From: Octopus vulgaris
Lineage: Eukaryota
Assembly: GCA_951406725.2 (NCBI GenBank)
Contig: OX597825.1
Span: 86,800,001-86,864,000 of the forward strand
Direction: 5' to 3'
Length of the DNA: 64,000 nucleotides
Shown: in pieces, positions 1 to 14,792 of the stretch
How positions within the stretch are numbered: the first letter of the stretch is position 1
Layout of the letters: each line of letters starts with the position of its first letter
Notes under the pieces: generated by a model
The model's database searches: none
What the model saw: the letters and a program-made list of their open reading frames with translations, nothing else
Told to the model about the DNA's origin: nothing
Made by a program: the position numbers and the translations under genes

Positions 1-812
1 AGATGATTGACATAATTTTCGATAACAATATGACAAGAGAGAACTAAGAACCTTAGGAATTGACTTAAATATTGAAATACAAATATTCTTGGATGTCGAA
101 ACGCGTTCATCATTTCCTACATAATTGGAACAATTACAATAACATAGAATTGTCTCTGTAAATGTATCGCGTGGTTTGTTATCATTGGAACCACCGGAGT
201 TTTTCTTACCAAAGTGTTTACATGTTATTACAACATTTTCTTTGAAAACACGCTGAATATTTATACGAATGTCTTCGAATGTATGCCTAATTCTTTGTTG
301 TATAATCATAGATGGTAACGGTAACAACAAGAACAACAACATTATTATTATTATTAGTAGTAGTAGTAGTAATAATAATAATAATAATAATAATTTTTAA
401 GATGGCTGCAATGACAAATCAAGCAGAAATAAGAACAGTAATGTCAATCACGACATTTAATCAACAGTCAGACCACAAAAAAGATACACAAGTTGATCTT
501 ATAAAAGCATTTGATTCAGTCTTTAGTCATTTTGCTATTCTGTCTTTTTCTTCTAAATTAATGAAGATGTCAAACTTTACCAAACACCTTAATGCGTAAG
601 GAATCGATATAGTCAATTATATCGATCCTCGATAGATCGTTACTTTTAACGACCACGGACAGATAGAAAGCAAATTTGCGACCGGCAGGTTTTGAACTCA
701 GAACGTATTAAAATATAACTCAAGCTGTAAGGCATTTAGCTCAGTAACTTACCATTTCTGACATTTCATAGAAACATTTCACAGCCTTTTATTATTATCA
801 TTATTATTATTA

Positions 813-1008
813 ATCGTTAGTAAACCGGGCGAAATGCTGAGCGGTATTTCATCTACCGCTACGTTCTGAGTTCAAATTCCGCCGAGGTCGACTTTGCCTT
901 TCAGCCTTTCGGGATCAATAAAACAAGTACCAGTTATACACTGAGGTCGATGTAATCGACTCATACCCTTCCTCAAAATGGCTGTCTTTGTGGCAAAATT
1001 TGAGACCA
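813..1008 (+). mobile_element. SINE family B
   Basis: ttctgagttcaaattccgccgaggtcgactttgcctttc core. Confidence 0.85.
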
Positions 1009-1023
1009 TTATTATTATGTTTT

Positions 1024-1389
1024 ATCTTTTACTTTTTTCAGTCATTAGACTGCGGTCATGCTAGGACACCACATTAAAGAACTATCGTCGAACTAATCGA
1101 CCCTAGTGTTTTTTTATTGGTCTCTTTTGCCAAACCGCTAAGTTACGGGAACGTAAATATACCAACACCGGTTGTCAAGCGGTGTTGGGGGACAAACGCG
1201 AAGATACACAAATATAGCTACATATATACGACAGGTTTCTTTCAGTTTCCGTCGACCAAATCCACTCACAAGTCTTTGGTCGGCCCGAAGCTAGAATAGA
1301 AAATACTTGGCCAAGTTGCCACGTAGTGGAACTGAACCCGGAAGAATGTAGTTGGGAAGCAAGCGTTTTACCACGCAGCCTCGCCTGCG
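1024..1389 (-). mobile_element. SINE family A
   Basis: Diverged reverse-complement match to 27318..27714. Confidence 0.85.
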
Positions 1390-2027
1390 ATTATGAAAAC
1401 AAAAAACTGACACCAATTCCAGACAATTTTATCAGAATAATGAAACAACTGACCACATTATTTTCTGTTGTCTGGTCTTTGTCAAATATCTTCAGACACG
1501 ATCAGTTCGGCAACTACGTTCACTATCAAGACGACATTTCTACAGGAACAGAGTAAAGCTGTGGTATAAAGATGTACCAAGGGCGGTACACAAATAGGAT
1601 TCGGACCCAGACATCCTGGACATGGTCAAACTGAAAAGAAAATCAAAGCAAACCATTCAGATTAATGCTTGATAGACGTTCTAATATTTTCTGATTAAAA
1701 CATCAACTACACACCAGAACTGTAACGCAAACAACAGCAAAGCGTCAACCACGCAACATCATTAAAACACAAACCAACCATCGACATAACATCGACCACA
1801 CAACAACCACTGTACATATTCTGCACAACATTCACAACAGAAGAAATCTTAAAAATAGCAACAGAAACAACAAAACAAGCTCCACAACGAAGGGAAAGCC
1901 GATGTGATATACAAACACAGTTGTTCCCCGCCACATGATAAATGCTGTACAGAAGTGAGGGGGGTGGAAGTGCAGCATCTGGTGGGGAAGGAGAAATTCA
2001 CACAAAACTATTGAAAACACGAGGATA

Positions 2028-2102
<75 letters not shown>

Positions 2103-2186
2103 CAAAATAAAGATAATGATAAATACACTAAATATAAATAAACCTGTGAATGTATTTATACGTGTAAGCACACACACACACACACG

Positions 2187-2225
<39 letters not shown>

Positions 2226-2999
2226 ACACACATGCCGGAGCATAAATCCACACGCGTGCGTGTGAATTTCTAATGGATCTGTGAAAGAGATCTTGATTCA
2301 GATGCACGTCTCTTAGATAAACAGTGAAAATAAACATAGATGACAAATAGCTCTCCTCGCAGACCTTCCACTCACATCCAACATTTACAGAAATATTCCT
2401 GCTGTCGTTGTTCTTCTCCTCCGTTTATTTTGCTATTTTTTTTTGGTTTCATTATTGCTGTTGCTTAAATTCTTTCAGATGCTGCATTTGTTGTAGTTCT
2501 TGTTGCTGCTGTCATTATTCTTCTTTATATCACCTTCCCACCTCCTCTCTCAACGTTGTCATGAATGTAAACGATATTAATAAATTTTCCTCCATTTTTT
2601 TTCCTCGTTCAAGTCACGCATAATACATTTGTTCTTGTCCGCCATCATTGTTTAGAAGCGACCACAGGAGAAGAGCAGCTCAACAACTCGTTTTCAATTC
2701 ACTTCAACAATGCTCTCCACCAAACATCTACTGTAGCTGTCACTTGTATTGCCGCACATTTTGCTAAAACACATCAAAAGCCTTTTTTTTTGTTACTAAA
2801 TTTATTTGAATTGTTTACTCTGGTTGAAGAACAACTGGTTGCTTTCTGTTTACCAAGTTGTCACAGCGAAGTTTCCCCGACATTCGCTTCTTTCGGTTCG
2901 CCTTAATTTCTTCTCAATGTGACTTTCTTAAGAAAAATGGAAAACACATTGTACTTCAAATTGCAATAAATATTGATAGACTTTAAAATGACAACATCA

Positions 3000-3070
<71 letters not shown>

Positions 3071-3094
3071 GATGATGATGATGATGATGATGAT

Positions 3095-3167
<73 letters not shown>

Positions 3168-3168
3168 G

Positions 3169-3211
<43 letters not shown>

Positions 3212-3220
3212 GATGATGAT
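3000..3220 (+). repeat. (AAT)n/(GAT)n compound microsatellite
   Basis: Direct reading. Confidence 0.95.
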
Positions 3221-3223
3221 GCC

Positions 3224-3705
3224 CATAAACCCGAATGCATCATCAAAAATGATAATGCAAAGATCCTATGGAATTTTATGACTCAGTTTGACCATGAGAT
3301 AGAGAAATAGAAGCCAGACATAGTCTTAATTGAGAAATAGAACAAAGTATGTTGGATCATAGATATAGCTTGCCCAGCTGACAACAAGGTATGCGATAAG
3401 GAAGAAAGAAAAGTCGATGGATTTGACAGGTTAGCTTGGGAAGTTAAGCAGTTGTGGTCTATGAAAAAGATGGTAGTAATACCAATAATTGTCGGAGCCA
3501 TGGAAACAGCGAGTAAAAATCTCGAGAAGTACATGGCACAAATAGGGGCTACAATAAGGTTGGAGCACTTGCAGAAAACCCTACTGCTTGGAACCGCTCG
3601 AATATTCCGGAAGGTGCTCGAAAAATAAGAAGTGTTACCTTAGTTCATTTGTAGGGAACAGCTGACACCGTAGTGCATATCCAGCGTTAGAAGCTGTGCA
3701 AAGGC
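3224..3705 (+). mobile_element. 3' fragment of an R4/Dong-type non-LTR retrotransposon (restriction-like endonuclease domain, with in-frame stops)
   Basis: Manual translation of 3224..3628: HKPECII..KILWNF..*KPDIVLIEK*..IIDIACPAD..VIPIIVGAM..LQKTLLLGTARIFRKVL. A short UTR is followed by (AAT)n. Confidence 0.85.
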
Positions 3706-3723
3706 AATAATAATAATAATAAT

Positions 3724-3770
<47 letters not shown>

Positions 3771-3929
3771 TAATAATAATAATAATAAAAATAATGATAA
3801 TAATAATATTGTAATAATCCTTTCCTTATTGGACACCAGGCATCATACATACAATAAAAAACGAATCATACAATAATATTGTATAAAACGGTGATATTGA
3901 CTTCTTGGGTTCATGATTGACATTACACT

Positions 3930-4760
3930 CTAGTTTTTGTGGTTCTGTGAATGAAGCCAATCTCATTTGCTTCCGATATCCTGAGCTACGGGATATGTCA
4001 CCGAGAAAACAATTGGAAAAGGAGTAATGCTCCCCACCTCTGGGAACTTCTGTTGTCGTCATACCTACTGCTGTTACCTTCCTTCCTTTTTGTCTCTTCT
4101 TCTCGACGGAAGATCCTTATTTGGCCTTTACTATGCGTAGGAACTGGGCCTTGTGCCTTGCACCAACAATCTAATCAATTTCTTCGTTTCTTCAGAGCTC
4201 ATTACAATAAAAGCAAACGTATAGTGCCTTCTCGATTACCTATTGTCGCAGGTTACCTCGGCTTTCATATGTTTATACTTTGCACAAAGGCGACAGTTCC
4301 TCGTTGGTGTTTTTTCTCACTGTGATCTCGCTATTCCAGAGACTCATGTCGTGCGACGTTAAGCTGTTGTTAGGCGTAGGGATCACCACCGCTACTTGCG
4401 TCCTCACAACGTCTTCCATCTTAAAAGCCAGGCGCATGCTTCTATATCGCTCGCCTCTGCTGGCAGAGCACATATCTACCCGCACGTGAGCTACGGCTTC
4501 CTTCAAATTTTCTTTAGAAAGACCATGGAAGTCCCTTCCCTTTCTTCGGAAACAGAGAGGCTTATCATTTTGCTCCCCACCCCAAACAAAGTAACCCCTG
4601 TGTGTTGCTATAAAGGAGCCACGGTAAGAATGGCGGAAGGAAGTGGGTGTTTTGTGGGACAAAGAAGAAGAAGAAGAAAGGCGGTGCACGAAGAAGAAAT
4701 GTCGGACCTGCGCAACAAGAAGAGTAGACATCAGAGTCGGTATATGTGATGGTCAGCATC
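3930..4760 (-). mobile_element. Possible decayed LINE ORF1-like relic
   Basis: GC-richer, non-repetitive island with a 152-aa ORF (4273..4731) and a broken continuation. No diagnostic motif recognised. Confidence 0.25.
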
Positions 4761-5928
4761 AGTGCGCATGTGTGAGACAATAGTATGTCTGTGATGCGAA
4801 CAGTGCGAATGTGAATGTATATGTCTACTTAATGGGAAGAGGAGGGGGGGGCTTGGAAAGAGATGCGAAGGAATTGAAAGACTGAAAATATGTCGTAGTT
4901 GGAAGGAAAGTAAAGAAGCTTGGCAGAAATTTAGGATATCACAGACGTAAAAGATAAGGTTTTATTTCCGAAAGTAGTTTCAAAAAATTCCTAAAGATTC
5001 GTAAAATTAGGAAGCAGGAAAATAACCAGATTCAGTGATAAAACGGCAGAACTAAGAATGGAGAGGTGTGAAAGAGGGGATCCACGAAGATGATGCCAGT
5101 GATGGAATTAATATGGGAAAGCAACATTGAAATAAAGAAAACTTTGAACGACTCATAAATATAGATGGATAAAGGCAGAGAGTGCCAGGAATTAAATTAA
5201 AGTCAAATGTATATGTAAGATATACAGGAATAAAGGAATTAGAAAAAAATACGTTATTAAACAAGTCAGAAAGAGAAACTAATACAAGAATATTTTTTTG
5301 GAAGTAAGGTGAGCAATAAATGAACGCGGCGTTGCTAGATCGGTATTGCACGAGTAATAACAAATAATTGTAATGTAATCAGTCGGAAGGAAGATACATT
5401 AATAATATCAGACAGGAAAAAAAAGAAGAAGAAGAAAATTAATAACATTATTTAGAGTGCGTTATTGAAAAATTTGAAATTGGTGAGGTGTGTGTTTTTT
5501 TCAGTGAGAGAAGTCACAGGATTATTATTAAAAATGGAAAGAAACGGAAACAAGAAGAAGAAAAACAAAGCTGTCAAAAAATGACGACAGTCAGTTTAGA
5601 TAAGTGTAAGATGAGGAGTAATAACTGGGTGGGAGACGGGGAATTGATGGAGAAAGAATATATGCACGTGTCAGCGCGCGCGCGCGTCTATGTGGTTTCG
5701 TGTATGTACACACATATACGTATATATATAACGTATGTGCTTGTGTGTGTGTGCACGCGCGTTTGTCTGTCTGTCTATCTATCTACCTATCTATTTAGAT
5801 AGATAGACATACATACATATAGATGCATATACATGCGTGTATATATGCATATCATATACGCGTTGTTCAGAGTTCGATCCACCGACAGTACCGCTGACAA
5901 ATATATATATACATATATTCATATATTT

Positions 5929-5965
<37 letters not shown>

Positions 5966-5993
5966 TAGATAAGATAGATGCGAAACCGAGTCT

Positions 5994-6662
5994 GGTTTGC
6001 TTTGCCAATATAAACTGTCTGAATATTTTTCGAAATGAAGGTTTGAAGGAAACGCTTAACCATACGTTTTTTGTTTAAAACCCCTTGTAAACGACCCATG
6101 CAAAAATGGCCGCTTCAAGCTCACGCTTTTGCATTTATTTCTGGTTCTCACGGCAATCCTAAACATTAATATGCTAACATTTCTTTCGTAAGCACCTGTG
6201 GCGTGTGTTACACAGAATAAAAGAATGCCAGAAAAATGTTCCGGACCACTCAACCAAGACGGTTCTTTGAATATGTTTGATGTATTTTAAGGCTAAATAG
6301 TAATTCTGTTTGCGTTTGCGTAACTGAGATATTTTGGTTGGATTATATAGTTATCGGTTTTACACTTCTTTCCATATTCTGCAAGTGTCACAATACAGAA
6401 ACATCTGTCATGGCACCATCACACAATTTACAGATGCTTACATTTTTTATACTTTCCGTGAAGTTTTCACGGGTTCAGCTAGTAAAATATTATAAGACGT
6501 TTATAATACCACGAAAATCAGAAATGAAAACAAAAGCGTGAGCTTGAAATAGCCGTTGGTCATTCCTAAAGATTTAAACAAACACCATAACGGTAAGCGT
6601 TTCGTTCAAACTTTCGTTCCATTTCAAAAAATATTCAGAAAGTGAATATTCGAAAGAAAACC
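5994..6662. mobile_element. MITE / foldback element with long diverged inverted repeats
   Basis: ctgaatatttttcgaaatg..aaacgctta..ttcaagctcacgcttttg on the left mirrors caaaagcgtgagcttgaa..taagcgttt..catttcaaaaaatattcag on the right. A further arm fragment lies at 7275..7376. Confidence 0.75.
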
Positions 6663-6663
6663 A

Positions 6664-6939
6664 TTCTTTTACATGTTTCAGTCATTTGATTGTGGCCATG
6701 CTGGAGCCTCGCCCTTTAGTCGAAGAAATCGACTCTTGGACTTATTCCCTGTAAGCCAGTTGCTTATTCTATCGGTCGCTTCTGCCGAACTGCTAAGTTA
6801 CAGGAACGCAAACACACCAACATCGATTGTCAAGTGGTGGCGCTGGGCAGACAAACACAGACACAAACACATATGCATATGAAATCCACTCACAAGGCTT
6901 TGGTCAGCTTTGGTCGGCCCGAGGCTAGTAGAAGACACT
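6664..6939 (-). mobile_element. SINE family A, 5'-truncated
   Basis: tgtttcagtcatttga..aaatccactcacaaggctttggtc..gaagacact. Confidence 0.8.
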
Positions 6940-7371
6940 CTATAAATTATGTATAGAGTTGAATTTTGTGTAGCCACCTGTTGGCAACTTTTCTCCCCAA
7001 CCCATTTTGTAGGGTGTATTGCCCAATTTTCTGGGCTCTTTTCACAGCTATACCCCGTTCGAAATTTGCATTAGTTTTTATCAGGTGATAATTGGAAACA
7101 GGCAACTCTGAGTCCTGGAAATTGGAGCCTTTCAGTTATAATATCTCAAAGAATACTCAACATTTCTAGTGAGTCCCGTAATCTACTGCTTCTGGTGAAT
7201 CAACAGAGATTTACACATTCACACACACATATTTACATACACACACACACATGGATGCGTGTATGTGTTGAAGCAGTCGTTTACGCAAGAGTCGTTCATC
7301 AAGATTTTCAAAAAACTATAAAGATAAGCGTTTCCTTCAAACATTCGATCCATGTTTCAAAAAATATTCAG

Positions 7372-7458
<87 letters not shown>

Positions 7459-7735
7459 CTGTGTGAAGAAAGAAAGGCAACTAAATAAACAACAAGATAT
7501 CGAAATAGACAACAAGAATAATAGAGAAAATCAGCGAATTTGCGATATTCCGTAGCCACAAGAATGCTGGTTGTCAGGTTGTGTAGACCAGGAATTACAT
7601 TGATAAAACTAAAGGAAAACGTTTTGGTAGAAGGACATTGCGTCGTAATGTTTGTTGTACTGCATGGCAACATGTCTTGGCACACACACACACACAAACA
7701 GATGCGATTCTATTTTCTCTCTCGCTCTGTGTGCC

Positions 7736-7784
<49 letters not shown>

Positions 7785-8457
7785 ATATGTGTGTGTATGT
7801 GTGTCTGTGCGTGCGTATGTGTGGGTGTGCGAGCTTATACACTCAGACACGTACGTATATAGAAGGAAAGAGACAGCTACACATATATACGCATACATAC
7901 TCTTACACACAGACACACACACACACACGCATATAAAGACATGCGAATAATTCATTTGCAGCCGATGAAAATATTTTGTTGAAAGAAGTGGGAAAATGTT
8001 GAGATTGTAAGTAGATAGGTATCTGTTGTCTGTCAGCGTTGAAAACGGAGATAATTGCGCCATGTTCGGTGCATATGAATAAATAATATGTTGTGAATAC
8101 AGAAATGAACGAGAGACGAGGATTACAAGAAGGAAAAAAGAAAAAAAAATTCCTCAATACAAAGAAAAGAAAAATATTAGTTGTTTCTGAAGGCTATGAA
8201 GCATTAGATATTGTAGATATTGTCATGAAAACACTTGATTACAATAAAAACATCTATGAACAAACAGATGTAAGGAAGATAAACTACGTATATGGCAGAT
8301 GACCACTCGTCTATGTAAGCCATTGGGTGATCAGTTTGGCGGCGACATTCAGGAGAAAATTGCACCACTATGATGGCATATATGATGATGATGATGACTT
8401 CGACGACGATGATGATGATGATGATGATGATAATGGTGATGGTGATGATTAAAACTG

Positions 8458-8533
<76 letters not shown>

Positions 8534-9434
8534 ATTCATCATACGAGAAAAGTTACTAAAAGAAAATTGGAAACCAAAAGGAAATCTGTCATTTCTTCAT
8601 TTGTAGTGCCTCAGTTTACCGTGTTTATCGAGGAAGGAAGGGATGTCAATCAAAGTGATATGTTACAATGACAACCAACACAGGACGACTTCCCTTGAAC
8701 TCAGGATCAAACCATGAGCTAAGAAATAATTCAACATATCTCTACTATAACAGCAATAAAAAAACCCAGATTTAAATTTCGGTGCCACATCTTTCAACCA
8801 GGAGGATCAAAAAGATACAATTCCTTTAAAAGGTGCTAAAAGGCTGTAAGTTAAGGAACCTTGAAGCAATTCACTTGGAAATAGTTCTGAAAAGCGGAAA
8901 ATCGCTTTCCATGAGCTCATGCCGGCTTTTATAATGGTTCTAGAATGAAAGAGAAAGATACCAAGATGAAGCTGATAAATGAGAAGAATGGTGTATTTGT
9001 TAAGACATGGCATTAAATCATAATTGTCAGGTTAGGCTAAATGAGGAGATGAAGGCTACTTTGTTAGGACTGCGCCCAACTCGATTTGTGCAACATGTGA
9101 AACATTTTAAGTCTTAAATGTAAAAATCTTATTAAATATTTTAAAATTACCAACTGATAATGAACGACATCATATAATCTTTATATATACATACATACAA
9201 ACATACATACATACATACATACATACATACATACATACATACATACATACATGTGTGTGCATGAATGTGCGTATGTATACATGCATGCATACATATACTT
9301 GCATATATATACGTGTATATCTATACTATCTATCTATCAATATATCTGTAGGTTTGTCTGTCTGTCTGTCTGTCCGTTTCTCTGTCTGTGTGTCTTTCCG
9401 TCTATGTATGTATGTATGTATGTATGTATGTATG

Positions 9435-9786
<352 letters not shown>

Positions 9787-11003
9787 ATGTACGTATATAA
9801 TATTTACCGGCAACATTTTCATTTTGGATTATTTTCTAACACAAATCATTTCCATTTGAAACGTTTCTGGCGACCTTGTATCAAATAATTCATTCAAAGG
9901 AAAGGAAGTCAGATGTTAAGACTTAATCAGATGTGTATACAACATATGTATATTAGACGTACAGACCACCGATTATGTTTTCTATAAATCCTAAACTATG
10001 TTTTGAAACATTCCGGAGGTCTGCTTGCGCATTTGTGTTTGTTGGGGACTTGACTGACGTCTTAGATATAATCAATGAGATTCTATAGAAAGAGGGTTAG
10101 GAGAAGAAAAAAGTAAAAAAAACCCAAAAACAACTCTTAAACCAGTTTAGTTTTGACTCACTGGCAGCTACTTCCTGAATATGTCAATATGAATTTGGTC
10201 AAATAGTGGTTGGTAATCCTGAGGTTAGTGGATCGAGATAGTGTTGAGGGAGGGCATTATTGTCGTGATCTGGGTCAGCTTAGATAAGAATATAAGACAA
10301 GGAGCCAAATAATGTATGCTCAAAGCATAGTTTCCAACGCCAAATTTCTACACTAACCGGATTAACGAATAGTTTGACTATTTCAAGGAAAACCTATTCA
10401 TATAGTTTATTCTTGGCCTAAATTCTTTAATCCTTCAAAATCTTTTACAGTTCCATTTCAAAGCTGTTTTGTCATGGAGAGATTTAAAAGTTATTTTGTT
10501 TTATTCTCCTGAAACATTGTACAATTATTTTTGGAAATGTATTCTTGATCATAAACGGACTGGAATATTCTTGTTTTTCTCTCGGTTATCAATATTAAGA
10601 CCCAAATCTCTCCGTCCACATAAAAATGTTACAAACGAATTTATCCCCTGTCATCATAGTCACCATTTTTAGTTTGTTTTACAAATGCCGCCATATTGTG
10701 TACGCCGTCGCTGTCAGCGTCGTTTGGCCGCGTCTGCGTTAAGATTAATGTTTTTCCTTAGTAAAGCGTTGTTGTTGATGTTGCTGTTCAAGTTGGAATC
10801 GTTGCTGTTATTTGACCAGTTGCTGCCCGATACACAAGAGATTTATATTTACTTTCCATCAAAGAACTTTGTTGGCCGCTGTTGCGGCAGGAATAATCTA
10901 TGGCAATCACAACTGTAATCACGTTGGAATGAATTCCTGTTATGAAAGAGCAAAGAACGAATAACAAAATCTCTTCCTTCAAGCGGGAAAGGTTTGCTGC
11001 TGC

Positions 11004-11358
11004 TACTACCACCACAACCGCCACCACCACCACCACCATTACTACTACTACTACCACCACCACCACCACCACCACCACCACTACTACTACTACCACCACC
11101 ACCACTATTACTACTACTACTATCACCACCACTACTACTACTACCACCACGACCACCACCACCACCACCACCACCACTGCCACCACCACCACCACCACCA
11201 CCACCACTACCACCACTACTACTACTACCACTACTACTACTACCACCACCACCACCACCACCACCACCACCACCACCACTACCACCACTACTACTACTAC
11301 CACTACTACTACCACCACCACCACCACCACCACCACCACCACCACCACCACTACCACC

Positions 11359-11407
<49 letters not shown>
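11004..11407 (+). repeat. (ACC/ACT)n compound microsatellite
   Basis: Direct reading; source of the poly-T/P/V ORFs. Confidence 0.95.
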
Positions 11408-11408
<1 letters not shown>

Positions 11409-11610
11409 AGGCACAAAGTCTGAAATTTGGGTGGAAAGCTAATCGATTAGATCGACTCCAGTATTTGACTGGTACTTATTTCATCGGCTCCAAATGGATG
11501 AATCGAGAAGTAGACCTCGACTGAATTTGAACTCAGAACCTAAAACCGAAAGAAATGCTGCGAAGCATCATTTTGTCCGCTGTGCTAACCATTCTGTCAA
11601 CTCGCCGCCT
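11406..11610 (-). mobile_element. SINE family B
   Basis: gacctcg..aatttgaactcagaac..ctcgccgcc. Confidence 0.8.
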
Positions 11611-11611
11611 T

Positions 11612-11689
<78 letters not shown>

Positions 11690-12360
11690 TAGAGAAGTAC
11701 GGATAGGAAAGAACTTAGCTGCCGCTTGAATAAATTACGAGATACATGCAATAGTGTATCACACACACAAAAAAAAAAACGATGAGATTATGGGAAGAGC
11801 GGAAGTTTATCACTGAGAAATGTGATAATCCGGAGGGGATATTTCTGGGAGATTCGCTGTCTCCATTGATTTCCGCGATTGCATTGATTTCTTTGACGAG
11901 CAACCCGAGAATATATAGAACTGCTTATGAGATAATATATAATCTATTATACATGGGTGACCTCAAAGTGTACGTGGACATAAAAAGAAAGAAAGATTTT
12001 ATTCTCTTGATCAAACAGTAAGGATATTTAAGCTAGGATACTGACATGCAGTTTGTAGGTGAATAGGTATGCAGTATTGATTACGAAGAGAGGCCAAAAG
12101 ATTAAAACAGATGGGATAAAGATACAGCTGAAAGAAAACGCGGGATAAAAGTACCGGGGTTTGGTGCAGAAGGATAAAGGAAAGGGAAAAGAAATGAGAA
12201 AGAAAGTTTTCGAAGACAACAGGAAAACGGTTCGGAAGGAGTTTGAAAGAAAACAAAATGGAGGTAATATCATTAAGGTAATCAATACCGGAGCCATGCC
12301 AAGGTATCGATTATTTTAATGACATTACCTCCGTTAAGTACAGTAGTGATTGTAGCAGTA
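11690..12360 (+). mobile_element. Decayed R4/Dong-type RT fragment
   Basis: GIFLGDSLSPL and LLYMGDLKVY (degenerate QGDSLSP and YMDD motifs) in ORF 11782..12021; (AAT)n on both sides. Confidence 0.75.
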
Positions 12361-12409
12361 TATTAATAATAATAATAATAACAAAAACAACAATAATAAT
12401 AATAATAAC

Positions 12410-12453
<44 letters not shown>

Positions 12454-12464
12454 TAATAATAAAC

Positions 12465-12548
<84 letters not shown>

Positions 12549-12664
12549 TTAATAATAATAATAATAATATTAATAATAATAATAATAATAATAATAATCA
12601 TAATAATATTAATAATAATAATATTAATAAAAATAATGATTATAATGATGATGATGATGATGAT

Positions 12665-12870
12665 GGTTTCAAATTTTGGCTCAAGACCAACAATTTTGAG
12701 GGTAGGAGGTAAGTCGACCTCAGTTCTTTCACTGGTACTTACTTTATCGACCCCGAAAGGATGAAAGGCAAAGCTGACCTCGACAGAATTTGAACTCGGA
12801 GCATAAGGACGGACGAAATGCTGCTAAGCGTTTTGTCCTGCGTGCAAGCGGTTCTACCAGTTCACCACTT
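12665..12870 (-). mobile_element. SINE family B
   Basis: tcgaccccgaaaggatgaaaggcaaag..aatttgaactc. Confidence 0.8.
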
Positions 12871-12905
<35 letters not shown>

Positions 12906-13029
12906 CTCTTTTTATAATAATGAGGAGAAAGTCACGCAACTGCTTCATCCTGTTGTTGGCCTGTTCTATAAAGAAACCGTTTATTTATTCAACAAAACTT
13001 TGTTATAGCAGTGACCTGTCGATTTTTTT

Positions 13030-14530
13030 CCAGAGGATGGAAAAAGTAAATAAATTTTAAAAGAAGAAATAATGAAAAACAAAGAAAAACAACAAATGGT
13101 AAATTAATAATAAACAAAAGAATATAAATTAAAAATATTGAAGATAAAATCAAAGGAAAAAAAATGAAATTCTATGGCCGGCAGAAGATGAAATAAGAAG
13201 AGAAAGAACTATTGAAGAAATGGTGAAAGGTAAAGAGGACAAAAAACATTGCGTTTGTTGGGAGAATGGAATAAATAATGGACGGGCAGCAGGTAGGATG
13301 AGTGAAGAAAGCGAGGAAGAATGGGGCAATGAAGAGAAGAATAGAAGAAATAAGAATTTGAAAGAAGGTGAAGGAAGAAAAGTCTAAGAGAATAATGAAT
13401 TTCGAAGAGGGATAAAAGGTGTGGAATAAGAGAGAAAGAGAGAGAGAGAGAGAGAAAGAGAGAGAAGGGGAGAGAGCAAAATGACATGAAAGAAAGAGTG
13501 AACGATATAAGAGAAGAAACAATGTAAAAATACGGAAGGGGCGAATGAATTTATCGAAAAATAAAAGAAGAGGAATGGAGGTGGCGAATGAAATGGAAAA
13601 GTAAAATGAAGAAAGAAAGGGTGGAAATAAATAAATAAAAAAGGAAGGAAAACAAAATAGAGACATAACGGAATACTGAGATGAAAGTAAGAAGGAGAGT
13701 AGAAGGAATGACACCGTAAAAGAAAGAGTGAAAGAAATTATAGAAGGAATAAATAAGTGAATAAGAAGTAATGCAATGTAAGATATAGAGATGAAAGAAA
13801 GAGAATGAAAGGAAAGAGGAGAAAATAAAGTGTGGATCTATATGCGAAGAATACGAGAAGGAAGGAGAGAATAACTGTAAATGAAATATTTTGGAAGGAA
13901 TGAAGAGAATGTGTGAACAGAAAGAAATAACGAGAGAAAGAATGAAGGAAAAAAGAAGGGAGAAGACGAATTGGAAAAAGTTAAAAAAAGGAGGAAAGAA
14001 AATAATGATATTAGAGAAGAAAGAATACAAAGATTGAACGAAAAGTGAGGAGGAAGAATGAAATGTAAAAAGTAAAAGAAAGAATGAAGAAAGGAAGAAT
14101 GACATGACACGAAGGAAGAAACAAGACCGGGCGAAGAAGAAAGAAGGAAACAGTGGTAAAAATGTAAAGTGAAGAATGAAAACGAAGTTAGGTAAAAAAA
14201 GAAAAACAAAAAACTATAAAGAAGAATAAGGGAACTGGAATAAGTGAAGGAATGAAGAAAGACGAGGTGTCTATGACGGAAGAAAGAATTTTGAAAAACA
14301 CTACTGAAAATAAAAATAAAAGAATGAGTGAAAGAAAGAAAGAGAAAGAATGATTGTTGAGAGATTTGAAAATACGGAATAGAATGAAGAAAAGTTTCAA
14401 AAAGATGAAGAAAGAGAGAAGGAAGATGAAGGAGGAAAGAAGATAAGAAAAGAGAGAAAGAAAGAAACGAATGAGAAAATGAACGAAATAAAAACAAAGA
14501 AGAAATAATGATATAAAGAAGAAAGAAAAT
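13030..14530 (+). repeat. 1.5-kb purine-rich (GA/AAAG) low-complexity tract
   Basis: Strong A/G skew on the plus strand; source of the F/S/L-rich minus-strand ORFs. Confidence 0.85.
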
Positions 14531-14544
14531 CGCTTAAACTCCGT

Positions 14545-14790
14545 CGATGGGGAAACATCGATAAATTGGAGGGGGAAGTTTGACCTTAAGGTCAAAGTTA
14601 CTTAAGGCATCGTCAAACATGAACGGGTAATCAACAGTAAAACAATATGGGAGCCAAGACACAGCCTTGCCAGCTGCCATTAATGACTCGGAATGATTCA
14701 GGCAATTCTTCGCATGAAATAAACTGCAGCCTTTGTGAAGGGAGGTAATCACATTTAGCAGGATATCGCCTCCTCTGATCTTCTTCCCAG
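14545..14790 (-). mobile_element. Decayed RTE-clade LINE RT fragment
   Basis: LLNVITSLHKG and, in another frame, FRVINGSWQGCVLAPILF (RTE QGCVLAP motif). Confidence 0.7.
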
Positions 14791-14792
14791 AA

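Noticed and set aside
10788-11524. Long poly-Val/Thr/Pro ORFs (also poly-Ile, YI, HT, CV and YLSI ORFs across the window)
   Set aside because: They are translations of microsatellites that lack stop codons; no coding signal.
13172-14595. Overlapping Phe/Ser/Leu-rich ORFs resembling membrane proteins
   Set aside because: Artefact of the purine-rich low-complexity tract read on the minus strand.
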